Positions 24,249-36,072 of a DNA stretch of 39,363 bases are shown in pieces. Origin of the DNA: Octopus bimaculoides (Eukaryota). Under the pieces are notes generated by a model. It was not told where the DNA came from. It saw only the letters and a program-made list of their open reading frames with translations, and made no database searches. Made by a program: the position numbers and the translations under genes. Where the stretch lies: the NCBI RefSeq assembly GCF_001194135.2, contig NC_068993.1:16254300-16293662 (forward strand), written 5' to 3'. How positions within the stretch are numbered: the stretch's first letter is position 1; each line of letters begins with the position of its first letter.

Positions 24249-26204
24249 TGGACATGGCTATATTTGTGTTAGAAGGAAGGGGTCAGCTTTTATCGCATTT
24301 TTCATTTGAGAATTGCTGTTAGATTTATCGTTCCAATGACTCCATATCTCCGATAATAAAAACAAACAACAAAAGACTTCTAACAAATTTTATATTACAT
24401 TCTTAACTCAGATCACCAGGGACATTTCAGCTGCAATTGGAATATCGCATCACGGATTTTTCCGCTAACGTTGCTGGGGATCCGGACATCTTTCTAGAAG
24501 CTATATTAGGCGGGAAAGCTTTGATGAAAGCCAGATATATAATTAGTAATTTAGAATCCAAACCCGTGTGACTAAAGATATTTGACAGATATTTTGCGCT
24601 CCCAGTTAAGTTTCTAGCAAGCAAGAAATCAAGCGACTTTTTCGTTAATTCAAAGGTCTTTTGCTGTTCACAGTAAATGGCATTTTCACGTCGTTTTCCT
24701 GTCATAAAGTGTACAATACACAGTGGGATGACGAAAATTGACCTGTTTTACTTTCGTAATCGCTAAAATACCAAAACGACACAATCTAGCGTGTTTATTA
24801 TTTGCTCACGAGTACACAGTAGGCAAATTCATCTTGAACACAAAACGCGAATATTAAAGAAAAGCGGAGATAATCTTAACACAAACATACATACACAATC
24901 TCCCTTGTTTATTGATATACATATGTGTGTGTGTGTGTGCGTATGTGTGTATTTGTCTATGCATAAAAATTCATATGTATATAGTCATATATANNNNNNN
25001 NNNNNNNNNNNNNNNNNNNNNNNNNNNNNNNNNNNNNNNNNNNNNNNNNNNNNNNNNNNNNNNNNNNNNNNNNNNNNNNNNNNNNNNNNNNNNNNNNNNN
25101 NNNNNNNNNNNNNNNNNNNNNNNNNNNNNNNNNNNNNNNNNNNNNNNNNNNNNNNNNNNNNNNNNNNNNNNNNNNNNNNNNNNNNNNNNNNNNNNNNNNN
25201 NNNNNNNNNNNNNNNNNNNNNNNNNNNNNNNNNNNNNNNNNNNNNNNNNNNNNNNNNNNNNNNNNNNNNNNNNNNNNNNNNNNNNNNNNNNNNNNNNNNN
25301 NNNNNNNNNNNNNNNNNNNNNNNNNNNNNNNNNNNNNNNNNNNNNNNNNNNNNNNNNNNNNNNNNNNNNNNNNNNNNNNNNNNNNNNNNNNNNNNNNNNN
25401 NNNNNNNNNNNNNNNNNNNNNNNNNNNNNNNNNNNNNNNNNNNNNNNNNNNNNNNNNNNNNNNNNNNNNNNNNNNNNNNNNNNNNNNNNNNNNNNNNNNN
25501 NNNNNNNNNNNNNNNNNNNNNNNNNNNNNNNNNNNNNNNNNNNNNNNNNNNNNNNNNNNNNNNNNNNNNNNNNNNNNNNNNNNNNNNNNNNNNNNNNNNN
25601 NNNNNNNNNNNNNNNNNNNNNNNNNNNNNNNNNNNNNNNNNNNNNNNNNNNNNNNNNNNNNNNNNNNNNNNNNNNNNNNNNNNNNNNNNNNNNNNNNNNN
25701 NNNNNNNNNNNNNNNNNNNNNNNNNNNNNNNNNNNNNNNNNNNNNNNNNNNNNNNNNNNNNNNNNNNNNNNNNNNNNNNNNNNNNNNNNNNNNNNNNNNN
25801 NNNNNNNNNNNNNNNNNNNNNNNNNNNNNNNNNNNNNNNNNNNNNNNNNNNNNNNNNNNNNNNNNNNNNNNNNNNNNNNNNNNNNNNNNNNNNNNNNNNN
25901 NNNNNNNNNNNNNNNNNNNNNNNNNNNNNNNNNNNNNATATATATATATATATATATAGATAGATAGATATGAATGCGTGAGAGTTTTTCTGTATGTGTG
26001 TGCATAATCATTTTGTCATTTGCTAGTGGCAGTGACAGGAATTTGGCCGTGCTGGAGCATCGCCTACAAGAATATAGTTGATGATATCGGCCCTAATACT
26101 AATACGAAGTTCATATTTATTTTATGTGGAACTCAATTTAACAAACGGTTCACTAACTTTCTATATATGGTTTGGTCTTCACATTTTTTAGCTATAATTA
26201 ATGT

Positions 26205-26470
26205 AAGGGCTAGTGCGTGGGCTACTGGCTAGGCTGTTCCACTCATGATCGCTAGATTGAGGGTTCGATTCCTAGACCAGGCGGTGCGTTGTGTTCATGA
26301 GTAAAACACTTCATTTCACGTTGCACCAGCCCCACTTTCGATCAGGGGAGAATGTTGCCCTGCTCGCCTAGCCAGCGGGGTGGCAGCATTCTAAGGCATA
26401 AAACTATGCAAAGCGTATTGTGATTAGCGCTGACTGTAACATCTGATAGTCTTGTCGGTTACATGATCAT
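26205..26470 (+). mobile_element. tRNA-derived SINE, family C
   Basis: Near-canonical B box GGGTTCGATTCC (26261-26272), followed by GTGTTCATGAGTAAAACACTTCATTTCACGTTGC, which is homologous in reverse orientation to 30205-30620. Confidence 0.7.
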
Positions 26471-26494
26471 GTGATATATATGTGTATATATGTG

Positions 26495-26529
<35 letters not shown>

Positions 26530-26576
26530 CAAGATTGTGAGCCAGACGCTTTAACCACTGAGCCATGCACCTTGAC
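26530..26576 (-). mobile_element. tRNA-like SINE head fragment
   Basis: The minus strand reads GGTGCATGGCTCAGTGGTTAAAGCG (A box) but has no complete cloverleaf. Confidence 0.5.
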
Positions 26577-26597
26577 GTGTACATATATTTTCATATA

Positions 26598-26824
26598 CAG
26601 GGTTGAGCAAAGGTCACCCGACAGTAAATCAAACCCTTTTAGTTTCTAGATTTATTTACGTTTAACAAAAGAATGGATTTAATAAAAGCATCTAAATATG
26701 AAACATGAAAATTGCTCAAACTGAAGTCCTTCTTAAGCGACACATTTTTCCATTCGAGTCAATACAAAATTCAGATAGTATTTACGGAGTTTCGATCTAC
26801 TGTCGGGTGACTTTTGGCCAACTG
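26598..26824. mobile_element. 227-bp Tc1/mariner-type MITE
   Basis: TIRs CAGGGTTGAGCAAAGGTCACCCGACAGTA (26598-26626) and TACTGTCGGGTGACTTTTGGCCAACTG (26798-26824). TA lies on both sides (26596-26597, 26825-26826). The interior is non-coding. Confidence 0.88.
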
Positions 26825-27981
26825 TATATGTGTATGTATGTATGTATGTAAGTATGTATGTATGTATGTATGTATACACACACACTCATACGCCATTTTT
26901 ACTCCAATAGTATATTATATCAAATATTGAAATTAATGTTGCCCGAATTTTTTATAGCTAAGTCAGTAAATTTATTTTATTTTCTCTATTTATGGTTAAA
27001 CTTCGACTAATTTCTCTGGTTTTAAATTTAAATTTAGCAATGTAAGCAATACGTCTCTTTTTTCACATCCATACTTTTATCAAAAGAATATATATACGAA
27101 AATTTTTACGCGATAAGCATTTATATGTAATGCAACTTTCACGTTTAAAGCAGTAATTTTCCCGAATTATATAATCACTTTTAAACAATGGAGTGTATAT
27201 CCACGAACCTCGAACGTGCTAACAGAATTAACAATTGCCGTCGGCTGTATTCTAACCAAGCGATGTTTCAGAGCCGGGGGTGGAAATGAATTTTATACAT
27301 TAGTCGTTCGATATCTCGGGGCTACCGTCTAAGTTACGTTCAATTTCACATGTTTGTTGTTACATTTATTTTCTTTACACTTAGTTATAATACTACCCAC
27401 CATTTGTGATAAGATATATGTATATATATNNNNNNNNNNNNNNNNNNNNNNNNNNNNNNNNNNNNNNNNNNNNNNNNNNNNNNNNNNNNNNNNNNNNNNN
27501 NNNNNNNNNNNNNNNNNNNNNNNNNNNNNNNNNNNNNNNNNNNNNNNNNNNNNNNNNNNNNNNNNNNNNNNNNNNNNNNNNNNNNNNNNNNNNNNNNNNN
27601 NNNNNNNNNNNNNNNNNNNNNNNNNNNNNNNNNNNNNNNNNNNNNNNNNNNNNNNNNNNNNNNNNNNNNNNNNNNNNNNNNNNNNNNNNNNNNNNNNNNN
27701 NNNNNNNNNNNNNNNNNNNNNNNNNNNNNNNNNNNNNNNNNNNNNNNNNNNNNNNNNNNNNNNNNNNNNNNNNNNNNNNNNNNNNNATTTGCTTGTTATG
27801 TTTATCACCTCTGGTATCTTAGAATTCACTGAATTGAAGAAGTACCATATTTAACAATGACACAACAAATAAGTGTATTGGGGTGTTTTGTTTTGTTTTT
27901 TTTTCCTTTTGTTTCAACTTTTTATTTGGTTATATTTTATAAAAATACTTGCCCTTTTTGTTTTCAATATCTAAAATGAGG

Positions 27982-28183
27982 CTAGTGCGGCGAGCTGGCA
28001 GAATCGTTAGCACACGGGGCGAAATGCTTAGCGGTATCTCGCCTGCCGTTACTTTCTGAGTTCAAATTCCGTCGAGGTCGACTTTGCCTTTCATCCTTTC
28101 GGAGTCGATTAAATAAGTACCAGTTAGGCACTGTCTTTGTTTGTCCCCTCTATGTTTATCCCCCTGTGGGCAATGAAGAAATA
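27982..28183 (+). mobile_element. tRNA-derived SINE, family B, with a 16-bp target-site duplication
   Basis: A-box-like TGGCAGAATCG and B-box-like GAGTTCAAATTCC (28058-28070). Flanked by AATATCTAAAATGAGG (27966-27981) and AATATCTTAAATGAGG (28184-28199). Confidence 0.88.
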
Positions 28184-28247
28184 AATATCTTAAATGAGGT
28201 GAAACCTAGGGATGATACAGCAAAAAAGAAATGGGGACGTTCCCCCT

Positions 28248-28425
28248 TTTAGAAATAGCAGCCAAATATCTTCCAAATTAGTTTTTGCTGTTTTTAATTG
28301 TTTAAATGCTGGAGTAGGCTTACTGGATAATGCAGTCAGTGATACACTGTGACCAAAAAGACAAGGTAGCTCTGCTCAAATGCCCTGCTGAATCAGGACT
28401 AGCATCGAGTTAACTAAGAACAAGA
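28248..28425 (+). repeat. Interspersed repeat fragment, family D
   Basis: Homologous to 4912-5095. Confidence 0.5.
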
Positions 28426-28710
28426 ATTTTAACATTTGTTACGATCACTAACACAAATTCTGCTGCGGTTTTTAATGCAAAAATATCTATTTTTATCGTT
28501 ACCAAGATTAATGCTGTCGCTACAACTGATGGCAAAGAAATGGTGCCTACACCAAGATAGCTAGAAGTCTATTATTGATGGACAAGGTATGATATTAGTC
28601 GCTGTCATGAGTTTCTTGAAGTTAGTCGGTCATGGTGTATTGCTGCCGGCACCGTCCATTGTTTTTGTGTTGTGACGGTGCCATAGTCTGCTACTGGTTC
28701 ACTGCTGTTG

Positions 28711-28712
<2 letters not shown>

Positions 28713-28797
<85 letters not shown>
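28713..28797. repeat. (CT)n microsatellite
   Basis: Read directly from the sequence. Confidence 0.95.
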
Positions 28798-28801
<4 letters not shown>

Positions 28802-28848
28802 GATTGCTGCCAGCCGCCTGGTCGCTGTGGCTAAAATGAGCTCAACAT

Positions 28849-28880
<32 letters not shown>

Positions 28881-29174
28881 GTGATGGTTTTGGTCAGAAA
28901 AGGCATACTAGAGAGGAAAAATTGTTATTAGATCCGGTTCTTAAATGGTCAGATATTTTTGATGACGTTGGTAATATTTTAACAAATTGCGGTCGTGATC
29001 TTTTGTTGCTTTTCTGCATCGGATATAGAGATCCGGGTTCGATTTTTAAGTTTTGGAATTGTTAAATACTCCGGTTACACATTTAATAACGTATTTCTAA
29101 ATACAAATTTCTTTACACATGTTTACTTTTACTTGTTCCAGCTAGAAGCTATGTCCTTTCTTTGGTACCAGCCA

Positions 29175-29255
29175 CGGTGGGATTTGAACTCAAAGCACCA
29201 TAACAGGCATTACAAATAGTTATGTCGGACGTTCTAACTCGTCAGCCAACTCGAC
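29175..29255 (-). mobile_element. Diverged family B SINE head fragment
   Basis: GGGATTTGAACTCA (reverse B box) followed by a degenerate TTCTAAC..GTCAGCCAACTCG. Confidence 0.45.
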
Positions 29256-29269
29256 GATGGAGTTAACCC

Positions 29270-29400
29270 AAATGTCTGTTTTGTCAGTTCATACAATTGC
29301 GTTTTGATGTGATTTTGTAGTCGAAATAGTTGAATTGAAAAATTCAATTGTGAAAGCAATATATCACGTCAGTCTGTGTTCGTAGAGACATTAGTGAGAA
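29270..29400 (+). repeat. Unnamed dispersed repeat, copy 1 (copy 2 at about 33345-33470)
   Basis: Shared TTTTGTAGTCGAAATA(G/A)TTGAATTG...GAAAG(C/T)AATAT...CAGTCTGTGTTC in direct orientation about 4.07 kb apart. Confidence 0.75.
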
Positions 29401-30204
29401 AAGATAGATTTTAGTGAATATCAAATGAGTGAGGAAAGAATGCATATATATATATACATATATANNNNNNNNNNNNNNNNNATATATATATATATATATA
29501 TAATAGTGATATTCATGCCTCTTGCTGGTTATGTTGAAATAGAATTTGCCTCCGCAAAGCGGTAACCAAATATATATTATAGGAAACAAAAGTGAGCTAC
29601 GAAAAATAACTCAGAGTGCTCAGCGGCGTGGATTGGACAAAATAGACAAATACAGGTATATCAAATAACATACAACAGATATTCTCTAGATGATATATCA
29701 TAGTTATCTAATGGTAATTAAGACCTTTTACGTATGAGATGGGGAGACAATCTTCAGAATCAAAGATTTTTCAAATTAAACATGCTTTAAGAAATAGGAC
29801 AGGCTTCTGGTCTGGAGATAAGAGGAGAGCAGTGGAAACGTGTTTCTAGCTCAATAGACATCGTCAGCACAGTTGTTCAAACTTATCTGCAGTAACCATG
29901 GGGCTTATACAAAAAGGACTAGAACACATTTGTGGCGTAGGTAATTTACATAATTTGAACAAAAATCTAAGAGAAATAATCAGTGGCCAGAAAAACATAT
30001 TTGAACAACATAAACAAACCAAACCAATCATACACCAATCACTCGCAAGCGAGTATGACTGTGTAGTTTTGTTTTGGGTTCCTATGTAGCCACGAGCCGA
30101 TAGACAGTCTTGTTCCTATCATACGTGATGCAGTGAAACATTGAGAATGTAACAGATAGAAGAAGAGAGGGTTGCACCAGCATTCGCCTTGTACTCATTT
30201 TGAT

Positions 30205-30620
30205 TGAAGTAAACTGGAGCAACGTGAAATTATATGCCTTAAGCAAGGACATAATGGGGCGCCTGCTCCAAACGCAAGGACACAATGGGTCGCCTGGTCC
30301 GAACGTAAGGACACAATGGGTCGCCTATTCCAAACGTAAGGACACAATGGGTCGCCTATTCCAAACGCAAGGACACAATGGGTCACCTGGTCCAAACGTA
30401 AGGACACAATGGGTCGGCTATTCCAAACGTAAGGACACAATGGGTCGCCTATTCCAAACCCAAGGACACAATGGGTCGCCTAGTCCGAACGCAAGGACAC
30501 AATGGGTCGCCCGGTCCGAACGCAATGACACAATGGTCGCCTGGTTGAAACGCAAGAGCACAATGGGTCACCTGGTCCGAAAACCGAACCCACGGTCTCA
30601 TGATCGTAAGCTGAAAGGGA
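30205..30620 (-). mobile_element. Family C SINE carrying an internal tandem amplification
   Basis: The flanks CTGGAGCAACGTGAAAT and CCGAACCCACGGTCTCATGATCG match the reverse complement of 26243-26330. Confidence 0.7.
30244..30583. repeat. 31-bp minisatellite, 11 units
   Basis: Consensus (C/T)AAGGACACAATGGGTCGCCT(GG/AT)TCC(G/A)AACG, with units starting every 31 bp from 30244 (unit 10 is 30 bp). No spacers. Confidence 0.95.
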
Positions 30621-31587
30621 CTCAAAACTAACAGGAAATGATCAGGAAAAGAAGTCAACGCTTATTATGTCCTGTTTCGAGATAGTGGTGATTTTGCTAC
30701 CTTACAAGATCATTGCTATTCAGTAATGTCAGTAGATAGAAGAAAAAATGTTGCTAATGAATAATGTAGTAAGAACAGGACGACAGGAAAGGATATGAAA
30801 AATAGATTCAGATATTTCAGCTGAAGAAAAAGACATAAAACAAAACACGGAACAGTGTGTACATAGTGTCAGATGACATCAAGCAGACAGCAAATATACG
30901 AAAGAAAAAAAAATCTACATTATGGTCTTACAACTGAAATACACGGAACAGACCAAGGGACAGTTATGCAGAGAAGTAACGCGGAAAAAAAGTAAATATT
31001 TGATTGTTCTAACAATATTCCTTGGACGGAAAGGAGAGAGAAATGGCGAAGGGAGAGAAAGTAATTGACCTATGACAAAGACAGGTGAGTTGATTATGGA
31101 GTAGAAACCTTCTTGAATGGAAGTGAGAGGGAGAGCAAGGTAGACTACGGGAGAGAGGGGTGAGGAAGATTACAAGAAAGACAAGAAGAAAAGAGGAAGA
31201 GATAGAAAGGCAAATAGATGGAGAGTGAGTTATTCAAGGTTGACTGTACGGGAGATGCTACACCATTTTTGTCGTCAACATTTCTCATGCCAAACTCTCT
31301 ATCGTTAACTTTCGGGACACACGGACTCAGCTTTGAATATATGTAAAAAAAACCACGAAAAGTATTAATGAGCTAAAGTGGTGAGGTAAAAAGGCAGAAT
31401 TACATTCTAAGTAGGAAGAGGACGGAGTAGAGACTCAAAGGCAGGAGATAGGAGCGAGGATGAGATAGACTCTGGTAAAGAGAAAGGAAGGGAGATAACA
31501 AAAAACACAAAGAAAAGAAGCGTAGAAGAGACATTAGGATAGAGAGAGCAAAAAGATAAGAGGGAAAATGAGACTGCCGATTACAAC

Positions 31588-31638
<51 letters not shown>

Positions 31639-32624
31639 CATGCATGCATGCATACATACATACAATGTAAACTACACACGTGCCATTGTCAAGTGGAAGC
31701 GGGCGACAAACACAGGCACAAAGACGCACACACATACACACACACACACTTATATATATATATANNNNNNNNNNNNNNNNNNNNNNNNNNNNNNNNNNNN
31801 NNNNNNNNNNNNNNNNNNNNNNNNNNNNNNNNNNNNNNNNNNNNNNNNNNNNNNNNNNNNNNNNNNNNNNNNNNNNNNNNNNNNNNNNNNNNNNNNNNNN
31901 NNNNNNNNNNNNNNNNNNNNNNNNNNNNNNNNNNNNNNNNNNNNNNNNNNNNNNNNNNNNNNNNNNNNNNNNNNNNNNNNNNNNNNNNNNNNNNNNNNNN
32001 NNNNNNNNNNNNNNNNNNNNNNNNNNNNNNNNNNNNNNNNNNNNNNNNNNNNNNNNNNNNNNNNNNNNNNNNNNNNNNNNNNNNNNNNNNNNNNNNNNNN
32101 NNNNNNNNNNNNNNNNNNNNNNNNNNNNNNNNNNNNNNNNNNNNNNNNNNNNNNNNNNNNNNNNNNNNNNNNNNNNNNNNNNNNNNNNNNNNNNNNNNNN
32201 NNNNNNNNNNNNNNNNNNNNNNNNNNNNNNNNNNNNNNNNNNNNNNNNNNNNNNNNNNNNNNNNNNNNNNNNNNNNNNNNNNNNNNNNNNNNNNNNNNNN
32301 NNNNNNNNNNNNNNNNNNNNNNNNNNNNNNNNNNNNNNNNNNNNNNNNNNNNNNNNNNNNNNNNNNNNNNNNNNNNNNNNNNNNNNNNNNNNNNNNNNNN
32401 NNNNNNNNNNNNNNNNNNNNNNNNNNNNNNNNNNNNNNNNNNNNNNNNNNNNNNNNNNNNNNNNNNNNNNNNNNNNNNNNNNNNNNNNNNNNNNNNNNNN
32501 NNNNNNNNNNNNNNNNNNNNNNNNNNNNNNNNNNNNNNNNNNNNNNNNNNNNNNNNNNNNNNNNNNNNNNNNNNNNNNNNNNNNNNNNNNNNNNNNNNNN
32601 NNNTATATATATATATATTCGCCA

Positions 32625-32810
32625 TGGTAGATTGCTAGCCACTACACATTATTTTCGTTCTGTCCGTGTTTCTTTCTGTGTTCCTTTCTGTGGAAGAGCG
32701 TAGGCTCGAAACGTTAAAGACTTTTTTCACTTCCCGAGTGTTATACTAATACATCTGTTTGTTTTCTACACCACCTGTCTTCGTCTTTTTTTGTGTGACT
32801 TTTCCCTGTG
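32625..32810 (+). mobile_element. Short repeat carrying the hammerhead-like motif; related inverted copy at about 33800-34010
   Basis: The minus strand of 33800-34010 shares GAAGAGC....GAAACGT and the downstream TTCAC..GAG(C/T)GT..A..AATA.AT, with pyrimidine-rich flanks. Confidence 0.45.
32684..32719 (+). ncRNA. Minimal hammerhead-like motif with a core substitution
   Basis: CTTT-CTGTGGA-A-GAGC-GTAG-GCTC-GAAACGTT-AAAG: a 4-bp stem I, a 4-bp stem II and an ACGT palindromic stem III. The core is CUGUGGA rather than CUGANGA. Confidence 0.45.
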
Positions 32811-33654
32811 TATATACACACACATACATGGAACGCTATTCAGTGTCTGTCTTTAATGTCCCACAGACCAAGCTCAGTCAGTGTTGAGACATTTTTCACT
32901 TAATTAGAATTCCCAGCAACTCTGGTATCTTGGAATCCACTGAATATAAGTCGTGTTAAATTTCTCAATAATAAACAAAATTTACGCATTTTATTATTGT
33001 TTCAAAGTTTTTTTTTCTGTTTCGTGACTAAATACTTGTTCTTCCTGTTTATAATATGTAAAACATTGTGAAACATGTCTATGGTACAGATGCTCGTCCT
33101 GATAGAAATAGCAGCTATGTACTTTTTCCAGATCATTCCTTACCACCTTTTATGTTTGAAGAGGCGTGGCAGACATACCTATTAATGTAGTCAGAGATAC
33201 ATTACGATTGAAAAGACGAGATTACCACGGCCAGAACGCCTTTTATCATAGGTGTATTACTTCGCAGCAAGCCTAGGGTTAACCAGCAACAAGAATTGCA
33301 CATTTGATAAAGTAGTCCTAAATACAATATGTCTGGAAATAATATTTTCTGCTTTGTCTGTTCGTATTTTATTTGTAATTTTGTAGTCGAAATAATTGAA
33401 TTGGATTGAAAAATTGGATTCTGAAAGTAATATGTTATCGCCAGTCTGTGTTCATATAAATGATAGTTCATGAAGGCGATAAAGAAAAACTCTGGCAGAT
33501 TTCAATGAATATTCGATAGAAGTGGGTAGAGTGTTGATATAGAATAGTGACTTTTATGCCTTCCCCAGGTTTTCTTAAAAGAGAATTTACTTCTACACAA
33601 CGATAACCAAATATACGTTATATAATATCATATTATATTATATTACACACACAC

Positions 33655-33734
<80 letters not shown>

Positions 33735-33735
33735 G

Positions 33736-33769
<34 letters not shown>

Positions 33770-33912
33770 TATATATATACGTATATGCAAATTCAAGAAC
33801 AAAGAGAAATAAGAACAGGAAAAGCAACAAAAGTCAATTGAACGTACAGAGTGTATATATTGGATTGACGCTCAGTGAAAGTGTTTGAGAGGAAAATAGG
33901 TGTAAAAAATTT

Positions 33913-33939
33913 GACGTTTCGCGTATAGCTCTTCGTCGG
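33913..33939 (-). ncRNA. Degenerate minimal hammerhead-like motif
   Basis: The minus strand reads CCGACGA-AGAGCTATACGC-GAAACGTC. U4 is changed to C, and stems I and II are weak. Confidence 0.3.
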
Positions 33940-34022
33940 ATAAAGAAAGAAAGTCTCGGCAAGAGGAAAAGAAGGAAAGACCAAATAAATGCGAAGAAAA
34001 GTATGTGTGTTGTTGCATGGCC

Positions 34023-34056
<34 letters not shown>

Positions 34057-34079
34057 GTGTGAAATTCTTTACAGTTAGG

Positions 34080-34590
34080 TATATTTGAGAAACAAAAGAA
34101 TGAATCTACTGGTAGTTCTAATCAATTTAATTTTAATTTTTTAATAATATAATTTTACAGTTTGGTTTGCAGATCTAGTGAGTTCTTTGTTAACTTCGAT
34201 GAGGAGATGTTTTAAAGATTACTTGTTCACTTTTCTGGAGAAGTTTCTTGCATTCGTTGTTGGCGATTGTCAAACTGACACCAGGTTGTGTTGTGCATAA
34301 ATACCTCACACTATAAGGGAATCTTAAAGTCAAAACTACCTTAATAAATATACAGTGTACCGACAGCGAGGGAATGTTACTAGGAAGTCGCAATGTACAC
34401 TAACTACGAAATCATATGACGAATGCGAGAAAGTTCTCCAGAAAAGTTCACAAGGAAGCTTTAAAAAATCTCCCCACTGAAGTTAACAAAGAACTTACTA
34501 GATCTGCAAACTAAACTGTAAAATTATATTATAAAAATTTAAATTGATTAGAACTACTAGTGAAGTCATTCTTTTCCTTTTTCAAATGTA
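34080..34590. mobile_element. Foldback / long-TIR MITE-like element of about 510 bp
   Basis: Arms 34080-34257 and 34419-34590 are reverse complements over about 175 bp at roughly 80-85% identity by eye, with a 160-bp spacer and TA at both ends. Confidence 0.85.
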
Positions 34591-35430
34591 CATACATACA
34601 CACATACACACAACGGTCACATCATCGAAGTCTCAAAGCTATGAGATAATTCCCGATTAATTTAACACAATGCGAATGAACAAACATTACATTTGATGGA
34701 GTAATCTGAATGCTAAAAGGTTAAATTGGGCCTGGCTTTATGATTGAAATTGGTTTAACTCAAATTATTGAATGGAAGCCTTTAGGACGGACTTTATAAT
34801 TCAAAAGGTCTAAGCTTGTCATTTAACGCCACGCTGATTCTTTCTGAAGATTAGAATAATGGTATACGTATCTGAGGAATACTCAGCAACATATTCAACA
34901 ATACAATGAGAATATAACTCAGTGGATTAAACAATGGAAACGCTCATTGTCGAAACCTACAGTAAACCCAATTTATTTCCATATTTGAAAAACTAGTGGT
35001 GTCGTTGCTTGATCACAAAGAACAAAAACAAAACTAGCGACACGAAATTTCAACTTCATTCTATTAATCGCAACAAAAACTCTTGAGATGTTTCTATTTT
35101 AAAATCCGATACTATTCTTCCCGATTCTTCTAGTTTTCGTCAGTTAGATTAAATTTTCTTTCAAAATATCATTAGAAATGGTTGTGTTACATCTGTTGCT
35201 AAACCAGCCATTATAGAGGTCGGTTCTTTATAGTGAGTTTCGTCTTTATATATTTCTTTGAATACATTCATCATCTTATTCGCCTTTGTATGAAATATTG
35301 TTGTCACATCAGAACAGGTGCTTCAGTTGGTTTTCTTTCTTTCCTTCATCGAGTACACAAAACAGTTCCAAACTTCATTAGCCCTGCTTTGGCAACAAAA
35401 GCGTGAGACGATGGCGCAGCTAACAGACAC

Positions 35431-35590
35431 GGGCGTAGCTGCATTAAGAAATTTGCATCACAACCATATGGTTTTGAGTTCAGTTCCACTGCGTGTCACT
35501 TAGAGCAAGTGTCTTCTAAACTAATCTTGGGACGACCAAAGTCTTCTGAGTGAATTGGGTCAACAGAAACTGAAGGCCTATCCTATACAT
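35431..35590 (+). mobile_element. Family A SINE 5' fragment (diverged)
   Basis: GAGTTCAGTTCCACTGCGTGTCACTTAGAGCAAGTGTCTTCTA...GACCAAAGTCTT...GAAACTGAAG matches the family A head. Confidence 0.75.
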
Positions 35591-35776
35591 CCTTAATTTA
35601 GAAGTGTTAGTAACTAATACAAGCTTCCCAGGGTGAGAGACATCCGTTTGTGTGTGTCTTCGTGCATGCATATGTGTAAACATACAAACAAACATATAAA
35701 CACGCATCAATAAATTTATATATATATATATATATATATGTATATAAGCTTTTCTACATAGACAGACAGGATATAT

Positions 35777-35825
<49 letters not shown>

Positions 35826-35997
35826 NNNNNNNNNNNNNNNNNNNNNNNNNNNNNNNNNNNNNNNNNNNNNNNNNNNNNNNNNNNNNNNNNNNNNNNNNNN
35901 NNNNNNNNNNNNNNNNNNNNNNNNNNNNNNNNNNNNNNNNNNNNNNNNNNNNNNNNNNNNNNNNNNNNNNNNNNNNNNNNNNNNNNNNNNNNNNNNN

Positions 35998-36059
<62 letters not shown>

Positions 36060-36072
36060 GCGCGTATGTATG

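Noticed and set aside
26205-26576. tRNA genes
   Set aside because: The A and B boxes belong to SINE heads, and no cloverleaf can be formed.
28648-28682. GGCACCGTC/GACGGTGCC hairpin as a pre-miRNA or terminator
   Set aside because: The stem is only 9 bp, too short for a pre-miRNA, and bacterial terminators are irrelevant here.
29898-30089. 63-aa ORF as a LINE C-terminal remnant
   Set aside because: The similarity is only impressionistic, with no diagnostic motif.
30244-30583. CRISPR-like appearance of the 31-bp repeats
   Set aside because: The units are contiguous with no unique spacers, there are no cas genes, the context is eukaryotic, and the unit derives from a SINE.
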